A DNA stretch of 32,000 nucleotides from Salinispora tropica CNB-440 (GTDB taxonomy: Bacteria; Actinomycetota; Actinomycetes; Mycobacteriales; Micromonosporaceae). The notes below the pieces were generated by a model, which worked only from the letters and a program-made list of their open reading frames with translations, did not search any database and had not been told where the DNA came from. The stretch spans positions 1,150,144-1,182,143 of the forward strand of contig NC_009380.1 in the NCBI RefSeq assembly GCF_000016425.1, in the 5' to 3' direction. Below are positions 30,201 to 32,000 of the stretch, piece by piece (positions within the stretch are counted from its first letter, which is position 1; every line of letters starts with the position of its first letter). The position numbers and the translations under genes are program-made.

Positions 30201-30213
30201 AGGGAGCGAGCCA

Positions 30214-31203
30214 ATGCTGCTGTTGAGCGGTAAGCAAGTGCTGGAGCTGTATTCGCCGGCCGACGCGTACCAGGTCATCGCGGACGTCATGCGTCGTTAC
30301 AGCGGCGGCGGCGTCGTGCAGCCGGTGCGTACGGTGCTCAGCTCCGACCGTGACGCGTCACTCTTCGCGTCCATGCCCTGTCATGTTTCCGGCGAGGTCG
30401 ACTCGGGTTTCGGACTCAAGGCCGTACTTCACGTGCCCGGCAACGCCGAGCGCGGCCTCGTGTCGCATGTGGGTGCCATCCTCGTCTTCCACCCTGACAC
30501 CGGGCAACCGCTGGCCGTCATCGACGCCGCAGCGGTCACGAGTCTGCGTACGGCCGCAGCTTCGGCCGTAGCAACCGACGCATTGGCCCGCGCGGATGCC
30601 GGGGACCTAGCCCTGCTGGGCGCCGGAGTGCAGGCCCGCAGTCACCTGGTGGCCATGAACCGGATCCGGACCCTGCGCCGGGTTCGCGTGTGGAACCGCA
30701 CTCCCGCCCACGCCGAGCAGTTTCGGGCCTGGGCCCGCTCCCTGGTAGAGGTCGACGTCGAGCTGATGCCGACGCCGGCCGCTGCGCTGCGCGGCGCCGA
30801 CGTGGTATGCACCACGCTGGGCAGCAGCGATCCGGTGGTCTCCGCAGCCGACATCGCCCCAGGTTGCCACGTTAACGCGGTCGGGGCATCGGTGCCCAGC
30901 AAGCGGGAGCTCGACTCGGAGGCGGTCGCGTCGTGTTCTGTCTTCGTCGACAGCCGCGAGGCGGCCATGCGCGAGTCCTCCGAGATCACCATGCCGCTCG
31001 CGGAGCGACTCATCCCAGGTGACTGGTACTTCCCCGAGATCGGCGAGGTACTCCTCGGCCGGCACCCGGGCCGCACAGACCGCGACGAACGAACCCTCTA
31101 CAAGTCGCTGGGCATGGCGGCGCAGGATGTCGCGTCGGGCTTTGCCATCGTACGAGCTGCCCAGCGACTCGGCGTCGGCACGGTGACCGACATCTTCAGC
31201 TGA
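30214..31203 (+). CDS. Ornithine cyclodeaminase / mu-crystallin-family NAD(P)-dependent enzyme; role unassigned
   Basis: OCD-family pattern (MLLLSGKQVLEL..., AAVTSLRTAAASAVAT, Rossmann LLGAGVQARSHL, NAVGA). ATG 30214 has GGGAG 7 nt upstream. The track ORF starts at 30148. Possibly salY by cluster lettering. Confidence 0.85.
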   Translation: MLLLSGKQVLELYSPADAYQVIADVMRRYSGGGVVQPVRTVLSSDRDASLFASMPCHVSGEVDSGFGLKAVLHVPGNAERGLVSHVGAILVFHPDTGQPLAVIDAAAVTSLRTAAASAVATDALARADAGDLALLGAGVQARSHLVAMNRIRTLRRVRVWNRTPAHAEQFRAWARSLVEVDVELMPTPAAALRGADVVCTTLGSSDPVVSAADIAPGCHVNAVGASVPSKRELDSEAVASCSVFVDSREAAMRESSEITMPLAERLIPGDWYFPEIGEVLLGRHPGRTDRDERTLYKSLGMAAQDVASGFAIVRAAQRLGVGTVTDIFS

Positions 31204-31249
31204 GCCCGCTCGTCCTGTCATCACCACGAACGAGAACGGAGTCATCACC

Positions 31250-31543
31250 ATGGCGGCGCTTCTGATCGGCAACGTGGGTACGCTCGGTGACCCGGAGGCC
31301 ATGGCCGAGTACCGGGCAAAGGTGGGTTCGACGCTCGCCCTGCACGGTGGCGGGTTTGTCATCCGCAACGGCACGTTCGAGGTGCTGGAGGGAATCTGGC
31401 GGCCGGACCACCTCTCGGTGATGGGCTTCCCCTCGGCCGAGCAAGCCCACCGGTGGTACCGCTCGCCCGAGTACCGCGAGATCGTGCCGCTCCGCGCCGG
31501 TACACACATGGACCTGATCCTCGTCGAGGGCCAAGCAGTCTAG
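31250..31543 (+). CDS. DUF1330-family small alpha/beta-barrel protein
   Basis: 97-aa ORF with the DUF1330-like pattern (EAMAEYRAKVGSTLALHGGGFVIRNG...FPSAEQAHRWYRSPEY). ACGGAG lies 8 nt upstream. Confidence 0.8.
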   Translation: MAALLIGNVGTLGDPEAMAEYRAKVGSTLALHGGGFVIRNGTFEVLEGIWRPDHLSVMGFPSAEQAHRWYRSPEYREIVPLRAGTHMDLILVEGQAV

Positions 31544-31576
31544 GCACCCAGAACCGTACCGGGAGGGAACGCCACT

Positions 31577-32000
31577 ATGGCCGGATTGCGGCGGCGGCGC
31601 TTCGCACAGGTGGACGTCTTCGCCGAGGAGGCATACCTCGGCAACCCGGTCGCGGTGGTGCTCGACGGCGACGGAATTACCGAGCGGGACATGGCGCAGT
31701 TCGCGAGGTGGACGAATCTGTCCGAGACGACCTACGTTCTCCCGTCGGCCGTGGCCGACTACCGCTTACGGATCTTCACACCCGGTGGTGAGATCCCCTT
31801 TGCGGGACACCCGACGCTGGGCTCGGCACACGCGTGGCTGGAGGCGGGTGGTATCCCACACTCCGACGTGCTCGTTCAGGAGTGCGACCTAGGATTGGTG
31901 ACGGTCCGCCGCGCCGTCACCGGCCTGAGCTTTGCCGCTCCGCCCCTACGGCGCGATGGCCCCCTGGCCTCCGATCACCTCGCCCGCATCGTGCGGGCTC
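31577..32000 (+). CDS. PhzF-family isomerase-like protein; 3' end beyond the right window edge
   Basis: Not in the track because it runs off the edge. Manual translation from ATG 31577 (GGGAGGGA 8 nt upstream) gives MAGLRRRRFAQVDVFAEEAYLGNPVAVVLDGDGITERDMAQFARWTNLSETTYVL...RIFTPGGEIPFAGHPTLGSAHAW, the PhzF-family signature. Confidence 0.85.
   Translation, partial: MAGLRRRRFAQVDVFAEEAYLGNPVAVVLDGDGITERDMAQFARWTNLSETTYVLPSAVADYRLRIFTPGGEIPFAGHPTLGSAHAWLEAGGIPHSDVLVQECDLGLVTVRRAVTGLSFAAPPLRRDGPLASDHLARIVRA

Overview
High-GC (about 70%) actinomycete DNA. From memory, with no database search, I recognise it as roughly the right-hand three quarters of the salinosporamide A (sal) gene cluster of Salinispora tropica. 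This cluster makes a gamma-lactam-beta-lactone proteasome inhibitor and is already well described, so the system as a whole is not novel. Left to right: (i) a minus-strand, translationally coupled operon of salA (ACP-KS-AT-AT-ACP-C megasynthase), salB (A-PCP), salC (atypical ketosynthase) and salD (P450, cut by the left edge). (ii) A divergent conserved hypothetical gene and a decayed reverse-transcriptase relic. (iii) The chloroethylmalonyl-CoA block: salL (SAM-dependent chlorinase), salM (SDR), salN (metallophosphoesterase), salO (cyclase-family, no assigned role), salR2 (LuxR-type regulator) and salQ (fused 2-oxoacid:ferredoxin oxidoreductase). (iv) A mobile-element graveyard (IS701-like, IS630-like and IS4-like relics) surrounding a LysR regulator (salR3). 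(v) salS (MaoC dehydratase), salT (nucleoside phosphorylase) and salU (class II DAHP synthase). (vi) A tight plus-strand operon: Dabb barrel, PaaK-like ligase, class IV aminotransferase, prephenate-decarboxylase-like SalX, OCD/mu-crystallin-like enzyme, DUF1330, and a PhzF-like gene cut by the right edge. This operon presumably makes the cyclohexenylalanine precursor, and most of its steps have no assigned enzyme. No rRNA, tRNA or CRISPR was seen. The points most worth a second look are the unassigned enzymes of the right-hand operon, two covarying hairpins that bracket the salL-salQ block next to mobile relics, the non-canonical SalC triad, the unusual SalA AT motifs, the degenerate SalR2 receiver, and several perfect inverted repeats in promoter regions.
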